Source: a virus
Taxonomy: Duplodnaviria > Caudoviricetes
Length of the DNA: 64,000 bases
Strand: one strand, 5' to 3'
IMG/VR virus record: IMGVR_UViG_2930438282_000001
Coordinates: 1 to 64,000 of that record
Made by a program: the position numbers and the translations under genes. How positions within the stretch are numbered: the stretch's first letter is position 1; each line of letters starts with the position of its first letter. Shown here piece after piece: positions 18,229-27,908 of this stretch. The notes below the pieces were generated by a model. The model did not search any database, had not been told where the DNA came from, and was given only the letters and a program-made list of their open reading frames with translations.

Positions 18229-19392
18229 TCAGTAGGCGGTCGACACGAAGTTCTTCAGGACCGCCTGCACCGAGCCGGAGTCGGCGGCGTTGTAGACGCC
18301 GGAGACCTCGAAGTCCGCGGTCACGTACGTGCCGGACACATCGGGCTTGCCCTTGGACCAGCCGCCCTGCGTCGTCGTGATCGTCAACGCCGAGCCGGCC
18401 GCGTCGACGCCCGCGCCGACCGGCTGCACGAGGCTCATGCTGGTCGGGTTGTTCTGCAGGGCCTGCAGGTAGAGGTTGTAGTCCGTGTCGTTCTCGTAGA
18501 TCGCCTTGTAGGTGATGTCAGCGTCGAGGACGCCGGAGAACACCTCACGCGGCTGCTGCGAGCCGTTGGACGCGTGGATGGCCTCCACTGGCCGCTTGAG
18601 CGCCAGCTCGTACGACAGGCCGCGCGTCGAGGCTGCGCCGGCGTTGGTCATGGCGAACTGCCAGCCCAGCAGCGGGGCGGGCACAGAGAACGCGGGAGTG
18701 AACGGGCCTGCCTGGATGCTGGGGATCCAGCCGGTGTACTTGGCGCCGCAGGTGACGATGCCCTTCGGATCGACCTTGATCGATACGTCGGACAGCATCT
18801 GGCCGGTGTAGCCCCACGCTTCCAGGACGTTCGACTGGGTCAGGCTGTAGGTGGGCTTCGGCGTGGTCGCGGACTGCTTGAACGTGTGCGTGGTCTGGGA
18901 CACGACGGTGGCGCCGGACGCGTGCGCGTACGTGAGGCCGCTGGTCGGGCTGGCGATAGGGATCGTGTACGGGCCGGAGCCGGTCGGGGTACCGGTGGTG
19001 GCGTACTCCACCTTCGTCCCGGTATCGATCATGATCGTGGAGCCGACAGGGATCGACGCGGCCACGCTGATTGACGTCGCGCCGGCGATCGTCGCAGACG
19101 ACAGCGTCGTGGAAACCCCGGCCGTGACGGTGTCCGGGCCGATGATGCGCAGCGCGTAGCCGAGCGCGTCCGGGTAGCCGTTGAACTCCAGGTCGACGGC
19201 GGACTCGCCCGCGCCCTGGTACAGGCCCTGCAGGTTGGAGTCGTTGGCGCGGTAAGACTCGTCCCGCAGCTGGTCGTAGTTGATCTCGAAGTCGAGCTTG
19301 GTGCAGGCCAGGTAGTACGAGGGCGTCACCCACGTGCCCTGCGTGGTCTCCTTGGCGAGGCCCACGTATGCGAGCCGTCCGAGCAGGGTCAC
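18229..19392 (-). CDS. major tail (tube) protein
   Basis: YVGLAKETTQGT N-terminus; position in the tail module. Confidence 0.88.
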   Translation of the reverse strand: MTLLGRLAYVGLAKETTQGTWVTPSYYLACTKLDFEINYDQLRDESYRANDSNLQGLYQGAGESAVDLEFNGYPDALGYALRIIGPDTVTAGVSTTLSSATIAGATSISVAASIPVGSTIMIDTGTKVEYATTGTPTGSGPYTIPIASPTSGLTYAHASGATVVSQTTHTFKQSATTPKPTYSLTQSNVLEAWGYTGQMLSDVSIKVDPKGIVTCGAKYTGWIPSIQAGPFTPAFSVPAPLLGWQFAMTNAGAASTRGLSYELALKRPVEAIHASNGSQQPREVFSGVLDADITYKAIYENDTDYNLYLQALQNNPTSMSLVQPVGAGVDAAGSALTITTTQGGWSKGKPDVSGTYVTADFEVSGVYNAADSGSVQAVLKNFVSTAY

Positions 19393-19676
19393 CGCGGCTC
19401 ACCTCCATCCTTGTCGGTGTCCGCCGCGGCGGCGCGCTTCCTGCTGGGGGCCTTGGCCGGCGTCTCGTCGGCGACAGGCTCGGGTTCGTCTTCGAGGAGA
19501 GTCCAGCCGTCGAGGAGGGCCGGGAGTTCGGCCGTCTCGCCGGGCAGCACCGCGTAGGCCGGGTGCTCCTTGGTCTCGGCGACGTTGTAGGCGTAGGGGG
19601 TGGTGTTGCGCTGCCGGACCAGCGGCGGAGTATCGGCTTCCTGGCTCACGGGGGCTCCTGGGGCGGGCGGGGGCAT
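19389..19676 (-). CDS. small phage hypothetical protein
   Basis: Overlaps the tail tube start codon. Confidence 0.65.
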   Translation of the reverse strand: MPPPAPGAPVSQEADTPPLVRQRNTTPYAYNVAETKEHPAYAVLPGETAELPALLDGWTLLEDEPEPVADETPAKAPSRKRAAAADTDKDGGEPR

Positions 19677-19721
19677 GAAAAAGGCCCCGCTGCCGGGGCC
19701 GGGAAGGGAGAAGGGGACGGG

Positions 19722-20213
19722 TCAGGAGGTGTAGTCCTGGTCGTCCGCCTGGTAGGTGATCTGCGCGGTGAGCTCGGCCTTCGCCAGGATCGATGCCTCG
19801 GGGTCTCCGAACAGGACGTCGATCGCAGCCGGATCCTCGGCGACGGACAAGAAGCGGGCACCGTGCGTCTTGTCCATGAACAGGCCGGACACACGCTGCA
19901 CCACGGCGTCCACGGCCGTATCGAAGTCGCGCTGCACTGACTCGGCCTGCCCGCTGGGCGAGGACTGCGGCCAGTACAGGCGCAGCATGAACGTGTGGTG
20001 GTTGATCTTCCGGTTGAAGCCGAACCGCTCCACCCGCAGGTTGCTGCGCGTCACGTAGAGCCGGGACTGCCGCTGCGCCCCGGTTCTGGGCACGTACGCC
20101 TGCACAACGTCGAACGGTCCGCCATCCGCCTTCAGGAGCGCCGGCAGACCGTCGGAGAAGTCGTACGCCTTCAGCCACGCGGTCTCGCGGGTCACGGCGT
20201 CTGCTGTGCTCAC
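19722..20213 (-). CDS. tail terminator-like protein
   Basis: Position and size; GTG start with GGAGG RBS. Confidence 0.7.
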   Translation of the reverse strand: MSTADAVTRETAWLKAYDFSDGLPALLKADGGPFDVVQAYVPRTGAQRQSRLYVTRSNLRVERFGFNRKINHHTFMLRLYWPQSSPSGQAESVQRDFDTAVDAVVQRVSGLFMDKTHGARFLSVAEDPAAIDVLFGDPEASILAKAELTAQITYQADDQDYTS

Positions 20214-20229
20214 CGTGCCTCCCGTCGGC

Positions 20230-20898
20230 TCAGCTGGGCTGGTAGCGGCACAGGATCGCCTCGGCTTGCTTGTCCAGCGCGGCGGGGTCGTGGCCGAACT
20301 GGGTGCCACCCGGGTCGATTTCACCGAGCACCAGCACGGCCGCCTTCAACTTGCAGGCGCGTGCAAGGTCGGCAGGGACCGTGGTGTACCCGCCGTCGTA
20401 GGTGACGCGGATCAGCGAGCCGACAGGCAGGAACGTGCCGAGCTGGAACCACACATGCCCGCTGTCGGGTTCGGCCCCGAGCAGCGTCGTCGAGGCGACG
20501 GTCGACGTGCCGCCGTAGGACCGGAGGATCGTGACCTGCAGGTTGGCGTAGGTCCACATGTCCGGGTACCGACCGGCGTACTCGTTCAGCCAGCAGTGCC
20601 GCACCTGGTCGCTCGCGCCGAGCGCGTCGGCGTAGGACCGGCCGAGCGTGCCCTGCAGGTCCATGGGCATGTTGCTGGCGTCGGAGTACTCGTCCGGGTC
20701 GATCCCGGTGGCCCGGTGTGTTTCCGGCAAGCCCGTGAACGGCGCCAGGCGGCGTCCGGCGATGCCCTCGCACAAGCGCGTGGACTCAACCATCAACTGA
20801 TCGATGTCCGACGCGCTGTAGTCGCGTACCAGGTCCGCGAACTGCCCCTCCTGCATGTCCGCGCTGGTGGCGAGCGGGATGGGGCAGTCCGCGGCCAT
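20230..20898 (-). CDS. head-tail connector protein
   Basis: RVTYDGGYTTVPADLARAC motif. Confidence 0.85.
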   Translation of the reverse strand: MAADCPIPLATSADMQEGQFADLVRDYSASDIDQLMVESTRLCEGIAGRRLAPFTGLPETHRATGIDPDEYSDASNMPMDLQGTLGRSYADALGASDQVRHCWLNEYAGRYPDMWTYANLQVTILRSYGGTSTVASTTLLGAEPDSGHVWFQLGTFLPVGSLIRVTYDGGYTTVPADLARACKLKAAVLVLGEIDPGGTQFGHDPAALDKQAEAILCRYQPS

Positions 20899-20901
20899 GG
20901 G

Positions 20902-21258
20902 CTACTCCTCGACCTTGCGCGAGGCGGCGGTCTTTCGGGCTGCTGCGGTCTTCTTGGCGGGCGGTGTCGGCTCGGGTTCGCCGGTGGAGGCCTTGGGGTC
21001 GATCTCGGAGAACTCCTTCTTCTCCGGGTCCTCCGGGTCCTTGTCACCCTCCGGGTCCCCGTCCTCGGGATCCTTGGGATCCTCGGGTTCCTTCGGGTCC
21101 TCGTCGCCGGGCGGGGTGACCTCGCTGAAGCCGGCATCCGTGATCGCCATGAGCGCGGCGATCTGCTCCGCGTCGTCGATCTCGACGACGGCGCCGTCCT
21201 CCGGCCAGACATGGCCGAACGAGTCGCTGCCCGCTGCGGCCTTGCGGATGAGAGCCAT
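20902..21258 (-). CDS. small acidic capsid-associated protein
   Basis: DPE/DPK repeats and KA-rich tail after the capsid gene. Confidence 0.75.
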   Translation of the reverse strand: MALIRKAAAGSDSFGHVWPEDGAVVEIDDAEQIAALMAITDAGFSEVTPPGDEDPKEPEDPKDPEDGDPEGDKDPEDPEKKEFSEIDPKASTGEPEPTPPAKKTAAARKTAASRKVEE

Positions 21259-21320
21259 GCTCTCCACTCCTTGGGGTTGAGCGCGGCGCGCCACCCAGGC
21301 AGGTGGCGCGCCACTGGGGG

Positions 21321-22688
21321 TCAGCTGGACAGGGAGGTCGTGACGCGGGCTAGACGGCCCAGGTACTTCGGCGCCCGCACAGCCAGGGTGGTGTCCGACG
21401 CGATCGCGAAGGGCAGCTGGTCCGGGCCGGCAGTGGTCGGGTACACGTCGAGCGGCGTGAGCTCGCGGACGTACGGACGGACCACGAAGTTCTGGTCACG
21501 GGCCATCAGGTAGATGTTCTCCTGGCCGGCCGCCTGCGGCTTCACCGAGGCGTTGGTGCCGACGTACGTCGCCGGGCCCTGCGCCGGGACGGTGGAGGCG
21601 TTCTTCGGGGTGAGCTTGGTGCCGTCGTCGACGATGCTCGTGGTGAGGATCGGGGTGACACCGTCCGCGGCGAGACCGACGGTCGCGTCGACGTAGCCGA
21701 GGAACGTCTCACCGCCGGTCGCGGTGCCGCGGAACACCTTGTAGAGGTTCGGCTGGGAGCCGTCCAGGCCGGCCGGGGTGGAGAAGGACAGGGTGACCGT
21801 GCTGGTCGAGCCGGTGGTGGCCTGGGACACCTCGGCTGACGGGAGGATCTCGCCCTGGCGGGCGATGACCGGGACGATCTGGTAGTAGTACGTGTTCGCG
21901 GCCAGGGTGCCGCCGGTGGTGGCGGTGGCCGTGGTGACGGTGCCCATGCCGAACGAACGCGCCGACAGGAACGACGTCTTGATAATCGGGATGTCCCGGT
22001 AGGTGGGCACGTTCAGACCACCGGCGACCTCGACCCGGTCGGAGAACCGCTGCTGCGCCTGCAGGAGCTGCGCGACCTTCGACGCGGCGGTGGAGCTCAT
22101 GACGAGCATCCACTGGGCGTCGTAGATGCCCATCGCGGCCTGCTGCTCGACCATGTCGATCAGCTTGTCGAGGGCGCCCAGCGACATCGCGGCGTTGAAG
22201 TCGATCGCGTTCTGGTTGGAGCCGGAGAACGTGCTGACGAGGGAGTCGAGGCCGTCGAACTGCGGGTAGGCGCCGAGCTGCGTGGAGGCGCTGTTGCCCC
22301 ACAGGACCGCGTTCTCGATGTCCCAGTACAGGCCCTGGATCGCGCCCTCGACTTCCTGCTGCTTCAGGTCGCCGATCAGGCCCTTCGTCACGGCCTGGGA
22401 GTAGCCGGTGACCGCGCCCACGCTCTGCATGTTGCGGATCGTGAACTGGTTCTGCACGTACGTGCTGTTGGAGACCGATCGGGCGCCACCGTCGGTGACG
22501 AAGCCGCCAGCCGCACGGGCGGTGCGCTGGTTGAAGTAGTAGACCGTCGAGTCCCACTTCTTGGTGGGGATCGCCCGCACGAGCGGGGCGTAGCGCCGCT
22601 GGTACTCCAGCAGCATCGGGTCGACGATCGTGGGGACGAGCGGGGCTGCGCCGGACGCGGTCAGCGCCTCACGGAGCTCGTTGCTCAT
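21321..22688 (-). CDS. major capsid protein (SU10-like) with an inserted beta domain
   Basis: DIENAVLWG, QFDGL, YRDIPII motifs; follows the scaffold. Confidence 0.9.
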   Translation of the reverse strand: MSNELREALTASGAAPLVPTIVDPMLLEYQRRYAPLVRAIPTKKWDSTVYYFNQRTARAAGGFVTDGGARSVSNSTYVQNQFTIRNMQSVGAVTGYSQAVTKGLIGDLKQQEVEGAIQGLYWDIENAVLWGNSASTQLGAYPQFDGLDSLVSTFSGSNQNAIDFNAAMSLGALDKLIDMVEQQAAMGIYDAQWMLVMSSTAASKVAQLLQAQQRFSDRVEVAGGLNVPTYRDIPIIKTSFLSARSFGMGTVTTATATTGGTLAANTYYYQIVPVIARQGEILPSAEVSQATTGSTSTVTLSFSTPAGLDGSQPNLYKVFRGTATGGETFLGYVDATVGLAADGVTPILTTSIVDDGTKLTPKNASTVPAQGPATYVGTNASVKPQAAGQENIYLMARDQNFVVRPYVRELTPLDVYPTTAGPDQLPFAIASDTTLAVRAPKYLGRLARVTTSLSS

Positions 22689-22833
22689 GGTGATGCCTGC
22701 TTTCGGCAGAAGGGGGATATGGCGAAGCCCCGCGCACCAAGACGGGGTGGCGGGGCTGGGCGACCATCACTGCCGAAGCGGCACCAGCAGCAGCTGGCGG
22801 TCAGGTGGTTCAGGGGGACGCCGGGGTGGCGTC

Positions 22834-24747
22834 TTACTCGGCGGGGCCGCGGCCGTTGAACACCGCGCCGGTGACGACCGGTGCGATGTGCTGGCGCCAC
22901 TCTTCCTGCGTGTACTCGTGGAGCGGCTTCGCGGGCGCGCCCTCGGGCAGGCCCGAGGCGGTCGGACCGGTGGCCGACGTCTCCGTGACCGGCTCGACGA
23001 GGCCCTTGCGGGACGGGCCGCCGGTGGTCTCGACGTGTTCCTGGATCGCCTTCGGCAGCGCCGCGGCGACGCCCTCGGCGATCAGACGCTGGATGCGCTG
23101 GTCCTCGGTCTCCGTGACCTCGGCAGCGGCGGCCGGGGCTGCGGCCTGGGTCTCGGCGACCGGCTCGGCCGGCGCGGACTCTGTCGGGGTCGCGGGCGCG
23201 ACGGGCGCCGGGCCGAGGCGGGAGAGGAGCTTTTCGAACTGCTCGTCGGTCAGGTGGACCCCACCAGCGGCGGGGACGGCAGCGGTCTCAGCCGCCGGGG
23301 TGGTGGACTCCGCCATGGCGGGCCCCTCCTTCTCTTCGGTGGGGATGTCGGCGGCCGGAGGCTCCGGCGCCGATGTCTCGGTGAGGGCGCGTCGGGCATC
23401 GATGGCCTGATTGACCAGGCCAGCAGTCACCACCACGCCAGGCTTGAGCAGGCCGGACTCTTCGAGGAGCCGCTGCTGGGCCGCTGTGAGGGGCTCGCCT
23501 GCCCTGACGTACGCCAGGCTCTCCATGGCGTCGTCGCCGTCACCGTCGTCGTCCTCGCCCATGCAGTGCGCGCACTGTCCTCCAGAGCACTGGCACGGGC
23601 ACGCGCCGGGCGTCTCAGGGATCGCGCAGCCGCAGCCACAAGGGCACGGCGCGCCAGCCGCGGTGGCCGTGGGGGTGTCGTCGCCGGGCTCGCCGGGGAC
23701 GTCCACGTCGGCGTCGAGGTCCGGGTCGATGTTGACGAGCGTCTGTACGGCGCCAGCCATCGCTGCCCGGCCGACCGCGTCCAAGTCGTGGGGGTCGAGG
23801 CTGTACGACGAAACCGTCACTGTGGTCGGGCCGTTGGTGAGGGAGACGTACAGGTTCCCGGCGTCCGCCGAGTCCATGCCCCAGCACTCGGCGAGTGCCT
23901 CCGTCACCTGGGAGGCCGGCTCGATCAGCCAGCCCTCCTGCGCGGCGACCTGCACCCCGAAGCTCTTCAGTGCTTTGACGATGCGCTGCTTCACCCGCTT
24001 CAGCTGCGCTGAGGTGTACAGGCGGGCGTTGTCGGCCTGGCTGATGTACGACCAGGCGCTCTTCGCGTGGGCCTTGGTGTCGAGCGGGTACCGCTTCTTC
24101 TTGTCCGACTGGTAGCCGGGGTCGGCGTATGCGACGTCGCCGTACGGCTTGCTGGCGTCGCCGTCCTTCGCTTCGGCTTCCGTGACGGTCGTGGTCACCA
24201 GCGCCTCCTGCACTGACTCGGTGATGAGCACCCGGCCTTCGGGCGCGGTCTCCGCCGGGGCGCCCGCCGCCGTCGGGGTGAAGCTGTCGACCTGGGCTCC
24301 GAGCACGCCGGGCTTCCGGGTGAAGTCCAGACCGTCCAGCTCGAGGTCATCGGCGGTCTGCACCTGGGCGCCGTCCGGGCCGCGCTCGTTGCGGACTTTG
24401 CCCACCCACGCGCCGCGGATGGACACGCCCTTGAGGAAGGGCCGGCCTTTGCGGGTGTCGACCAGGGAGGCGATCTTGTGGGCCTCGTCGGTGTCTGCGA
24501 GGTCAGCGGTGAAGGCGGCTCTGCCGTCCTCGAGCTGGGTGACGCTGGTGAGTTGGCCAACGATTTGGGTGGAGTCGTCGTCGGCCGCGTGGTGGGTGAG
24601 CATCGTGAGCGGCGCGCCGTCCTCTTCGATGCGGGCCTTGGCGCGCTGCACGGCCCGGCCGATCGCCTCGGCCGTGTACAGGCGGCCGTTGCGGGAGACG
24701 CCGGGGACGAGGGCGATGCCGGTGATGGTGCCAATGCGATCGGCCAC
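22834..24747 (-). CDS. capsid maturation protease-scaffold fusion with DUF6582-like domain
   Basis: GVSRNGRLY, GVSIRG, LDFTRKPGV protease motifs; YADPGYQSDKKKRYPLDT domain. Confidence 0.88.
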   Translation of the reverse strand: MADRIGTITGIALVPGVSRNGRLYTAEAIGRAVQRAKARIEEDGAPLTMLTHHAADDDSTQIVGQLTSVTQLEDGRAAFTADLADTDEAHKIASLVDTRKGRPFLKGVSIRGAWVGKVRNERGPDGAQVQTADDLELDGLDFTRKPGVLGAQVDSFTPTAAGAPAETAPEGRVLITESVQEALVTTTVTEAEAKDGDASKPYGDVAYADPGYQSDKKKRYPLDTKAHAKSAWSYISQADNARLYTSAQLKRVKQRIVKALKSFGVQVAAQEGWLIEPASQVTEALAECWGMDSADAGNLYVSLTNGPTTVTVSSYSLDPHDLDAVGRAAMAGAVQTLVNIDPDLDADVDVPGEPGDDTPTATAAGAPCPCGCGCAIPETPGACPCQCSGGQCAHCMGEDDDGDGDDAMESLAYVRAGEPLTAAQQRLLEESGLLKPGVVVTAGLVNQAIDARRALTETSAPEPPAADIPTEEKEGPAMAESTTPAAETAAVPAAGGVHLTDEQFEKLLSRLGPAPVAPATPTESAPAEPVAETQAAAPAAAAEVTETEDQRIQRLIAEGVAAALPKAIQEHVETTGGPSRKGLVEPVTETSATGPTASGLPEGAPAKPLHEYTQEEWRQHIAPVVTGAVFNGRGPAE

Positions 24748-24765
24748 GCGGGCCTCCCTTCAGGG

Positions 24766-26220
24766 TCAGACGAACCAGGCTGCGAAGTTGGCCATAGACA
24801 CGGCGGCGGCGTAGCAGCAGCGGCAGTACGGATGCGTCGGGAGCCGGGGCACGTCGAGCGTGTTCCAGGGGCTGCCGACTTCGTAGTCGGCGCAGATTGC
24901 GCAGACGCGGCCGTCGCCTGCGGTGATGACGTCGATCTGTCGGACGCCCTCGGCGCGGTAGAGACGCAGGGCGCCGTCGTCGGCGGCGGTGGTCATGGCC
25001 CAGTCGACGGTGAACGCGACCGCTTCGACGTCGGTGCTACCCAGGACGTCCATTGCGGCTTCGATCATCTCTTCGCGGGACGCACCTTCCTCAGCGGCCT
25101 CTGCGAGGGCCCTCCCGAGATCGGCGGTGGCCCGGTCGAGCATGCGACCGAGCCAGCCGTCGGCGTTGCCCCACAGCTCGTCGAGGCGCGCGAGGGACTC
25201 GTAGGCGTCTTTGAATGCGATGTTCCAATCGAGGCCGACGACGCTCGCGCGTTCGGCTGCGATCGCGACTGCGTTGACCATGCCCTCGGCGTTGCCTGCG
25301 GCGATGGCGTTCCGGATCGCGGTGCGTACGGCGGTCCAGCCGGTGAGGTCGGCGAGTGCGTGGAGCATGGCCCGGGCGGCGGCGAGGGCTTCGGTGAGGA
25401 AGTCTCGGGCGGCTTCGGAGAGTCCGGCGTGGCTGCGGAAACGGTCGACCATGTCCGCGACCGCGGCCCGGTCGATGAGAGGCCGCCACGCTTCGGCGAC
25501 GAGCCGGGTGTGCTCTGCCTGCTTCTCTTCGCGACGCTGGAAGAGGAGCGCCCACATGCCTTCGAGCTTCCCGAGGTCGATGGTGACTTCGAGAATGTGC
25601 GGGTCGTCGGCGCACTCGATGGCCGTGTGCATGGCCGCGGTGCTTGCCGCCTTCACCCGCTCGGTCATCGGACCGCCGGACAGCGCCCAACCGGCAGCGA
25701 ACGCCTCTCGGGCTGGTGCGGCCATCGGGTGCTCGAGCGGGGTATCGGTGCGCTCGGTGCCGTGCACGGCGGACAGGGCGGTGAATTCGACGGATTGGCC
25801 GTCGAGTCGATCGAGCGGTGATGGCTCGTCCGGGTCAAGGTAGGTGATGGTGCAGTGCGCGGTGAAGCCGTGGTCGCGGGGCGGTTGAATGCCTCGCGCG
25901 TGTAGGGCGTCGAGAGTGTCCCTGCGTAGGTCCTCCAGGTCAGCGGAGTCGACGAGGGCAACGATGACGTCCTTCTCGCCCCCGGTGAACCGGGCGTGGC
26001 CAGCGATATGCGCGGTGATCGGCTGCCGTTCGGCGAGCTCGGCGACGACCTCTCGAATGGCGTCGCCATCGATGTCAGCCGCGTCCCCGCAGTAGGCGAC
26101 GGTGACGTGCAGCTCGTCGGCCGGTAGTCCGTCCTTCACTGCCAGCGCTGCCGCCACGTCGGGGGGCGGGTAGAGGGCGATCATGCAGCCGTCGGAATAG
26201 TCCGGGGATGCCATGCTCAC
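24766..26220 (-). CDS. 2H phosphoesterase (LigT/Acb1-like) fused to a MuF-like minor head domain
   Basis: LHVTVAY and AHCTITY motifs; C-terminal TAGDGRVCAIC...PTHPYCRC. Confidence 0.85.
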   Translation of the reverse strand: MSMASPDYSDGCMIALYPPPDVAAALAVKDGLPADELHVTVAYCGDAADIDGDAIREVVAELAERQPITAHIAGHARFTGGEKDVIVALVDSADLEDLRRDTLDALHARGIQPPRDHGFTAHCTITYLDPDEPSPLDRLDGQSVEFTALSAVHGTERTDTPLEHPMAAPAREAFAAGWALSGGPMTERVKAASTAAMHTAIECADDPHILEVTIDLGKLEGMWALLFQRREEKQAEHTRLVAEAWRPLIDRAAVADMVDRFRSHAGLSEAARDFLTEALAAARAMLHALADLTGWTAVRTAIRNAIAAGNAEGMVNAVAIAAERASVVGLDWNIAFKDAYESLARLDELWGNADGWLGRMLDRATADLGRALAEAAEEGASREEMIEAAMDVLGSTDVEAVAFTVDWAMTTAADDGALRLYRAEGVRQIDVITAGDGRVCAICADYEVGSPWNTLDVPRLPTHPYCRCCYAAAVSMANFAAWFV

Positions 26221-26230
26221 CGCCTGTCGT

Positions 26231-26338
26231 TCAGCCGACGCGCTTCTTGATGAGCGCGCCCACGTCCTTGGCCCGCAGTGGATGGTTCGGCGGGTCCGGC
26301 AGCGGCCACACAGGGCCTGGTTCAGGCGGCGCGCTCAT
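26231..26338 (-). CDS. 35-aa peptide
   Basis: ATG with AGGAGG RBS overlapping the portal end. Confidence 0.45.
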   Translation of the reverse strand: MSAPPEPGPVWPLPDPPNHPLRAKDVGALIKKRVG

Positions 26339-27908
26339 CGATACCTCCTGGTAGCGCGGCGAGGGCTTCCCGGAGACGTCGCCGGTACAGAGCGCGTGCC
26401 GTTTCCTGCTGCGGCTCTTCCGGCTGCTCGTCGTCGTCCGGCTCGGCGCCTTCCGGCCCGGGCGGCTGCTTACCGCCTGCGAACGCCTGAAGCTGGGGTG
26501 GGACGGGGGCCGGTTCAGGTTTCTCCACGCCGATCGGTTCGCCGTGGACCGGGTCGGCCGGCGAAAGGTCGGTGCCCTTGAGCTTCGATGCGATGTTGGC
26601 CTTGGACGCGGCGTCCATGTCGGACCACTTGACCAAGTTCTCGCGGTCGACGAGGACGGCCTGGTCGCCACCGTCAACAGACGGTTCGCCGATGTCGGCG
26701 CGGTAGCGGTTGAGACTCCAGGAGCCGTTGCGGAGGCGCTGGTCGCGGATGTCTTCGACGGTCTTGGAGTCCCGCATGTCGATGTCGCGGAACTTCAGCT
26801 TCCAGCCCTCGACACCGAATCCGATCTTGGCAAGGGCGAAGTTCAACGCTTCGAGGACCAGTTCCGCGATGGGCTGGCAAGTGTTGATCATGAAGGTGCG
26901 GTCCTGCGCCTCACCCGTGCCACCACCGAGGTTCCCCGACTCGATGATCCCGACCTTCGCCGGCGGGACACCGTACGAGGCGATGATCTCGTCCCGCTTC
27001 TGGTCCAGGAACTTCAGATAGTCCATGGTCCGGGACTGCGCCAGCTCCGAGACCTTGGCCCCGCCCTTGGTGTTGATCGGATTGCCGATGTTGCGCGGAC
27101 CCACGTTCCGCTGCTGGTACTGCGCGTTCCACCGGTTGATCTCCGCAGCCGTCGCGCTCGACGGATGATCCACCCACAGCTGCGGCGGCGCACCCTTACG
27201 GAAGATCTCCTTGCTGGTGGCGGCGGCGAACAGCCAGGCCGTGATCGGCAGGAGCGCAGCCTGTGTCGGGCTGACACCGAACACGCTCGAGCGCGGCGAA
27301 TCGAGCGAGATATGGATGACCTCGCGCGACTCGAACGTGGCCCGCTGGCCCATCTCCGTCAGCTGCACGTACGAGGTCACGTTGCCGTGCTCGTCAGCGA
27401 TCGGCAGCATGCTCGGGCAGTCCAGGCTGTACAGGGCGACCGGCTGCTTCCCGATCCACACGACCTCGATGTACGCGTCGCCGAACACCAGCAGATCGAC
27501 GATCACGCCGCGCAAGATCTGCCGGATGTTTTCCCGCGGGTTGCAGAAGGCGAGCATTCCCTCGAGGAGTTGGACCTCGGCCGGCTTGTCCGGGGCTTCC
27601 TCGTCGCCCTCGCCGTCGTCGTTGTCCCAGTCGGTGACGAGACCGCCGGCGGTGATGGTGCGGGCGATCGCGTTGACGGACGCCCACGCCCAGGGGCACG
27701 CCAGGTAGGCCTGGTACAGCTGGTCCAGCATTGTGCGGCGGTCGGTCTGCGTCGCCGCGCCGCCGCCCTGGTTGGTCTCGGTCAGACCGCCCGGGCCGAT
27801 GCCGTACTCGAAGCCGGATCGCTCCGGAAGCTGCTTCCGCTCGGCCGACGCGGTCTCCAGGACTTCCGGCTCTGCCTGCCTGTTCCTCCACCAACTCCTC
27901 AGCCCCAC
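26322..27908 (-). CDS. portal protein (HK97-like)
   Basis: DLLVFGDAY, FGVSP, IIASYGVPPAKVG motifs. Confidence 0.95.
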   Translation of the reverse strand: MGLRSWWRNRQAEPEVLETASAERKQLPERSGFEYGIGPGGLTETNQGGGAATQTDRRTMLDQLYQAYLACPWAWASVNAIARTITAGGLVTDWDNDDGEGDEEAPDKPAEVQLLEGMLAFCNPRENIRQILRGVIVDLLVFGDAYIEVVWIGKQPVALYSLDCPSMLPIADEHGNVTSYVQLTEMGQRATFESREVIHISLDSPRSSVFGVSPTQAALLPITAWLFAAATSKEIFRKGAPPQLWVDHPSSATAAEINRWNAQYQQRNVGPRNIGNPINTKGGAKVSELAQSRTMDYLKFLDQKRDEIIASYGVPPAKVGIIESGNLGGGTGEAQDRTFMINTCQPIAELVLEALNFALAKIGFGVEGWKLKFRDIDMRDSKTVEDIRDQRLRNGSWSLNRYRADIGEPSVDGGDQAVLVDRENLVKWSDMDAASKANIASKLKGTDLSPADPVHGEPIGVEKPEPAPVPPQLQAFAGGKQPPGPEGAEPDDDEQPEEPQQETARALYRRRLREALAALPGGIDERAA

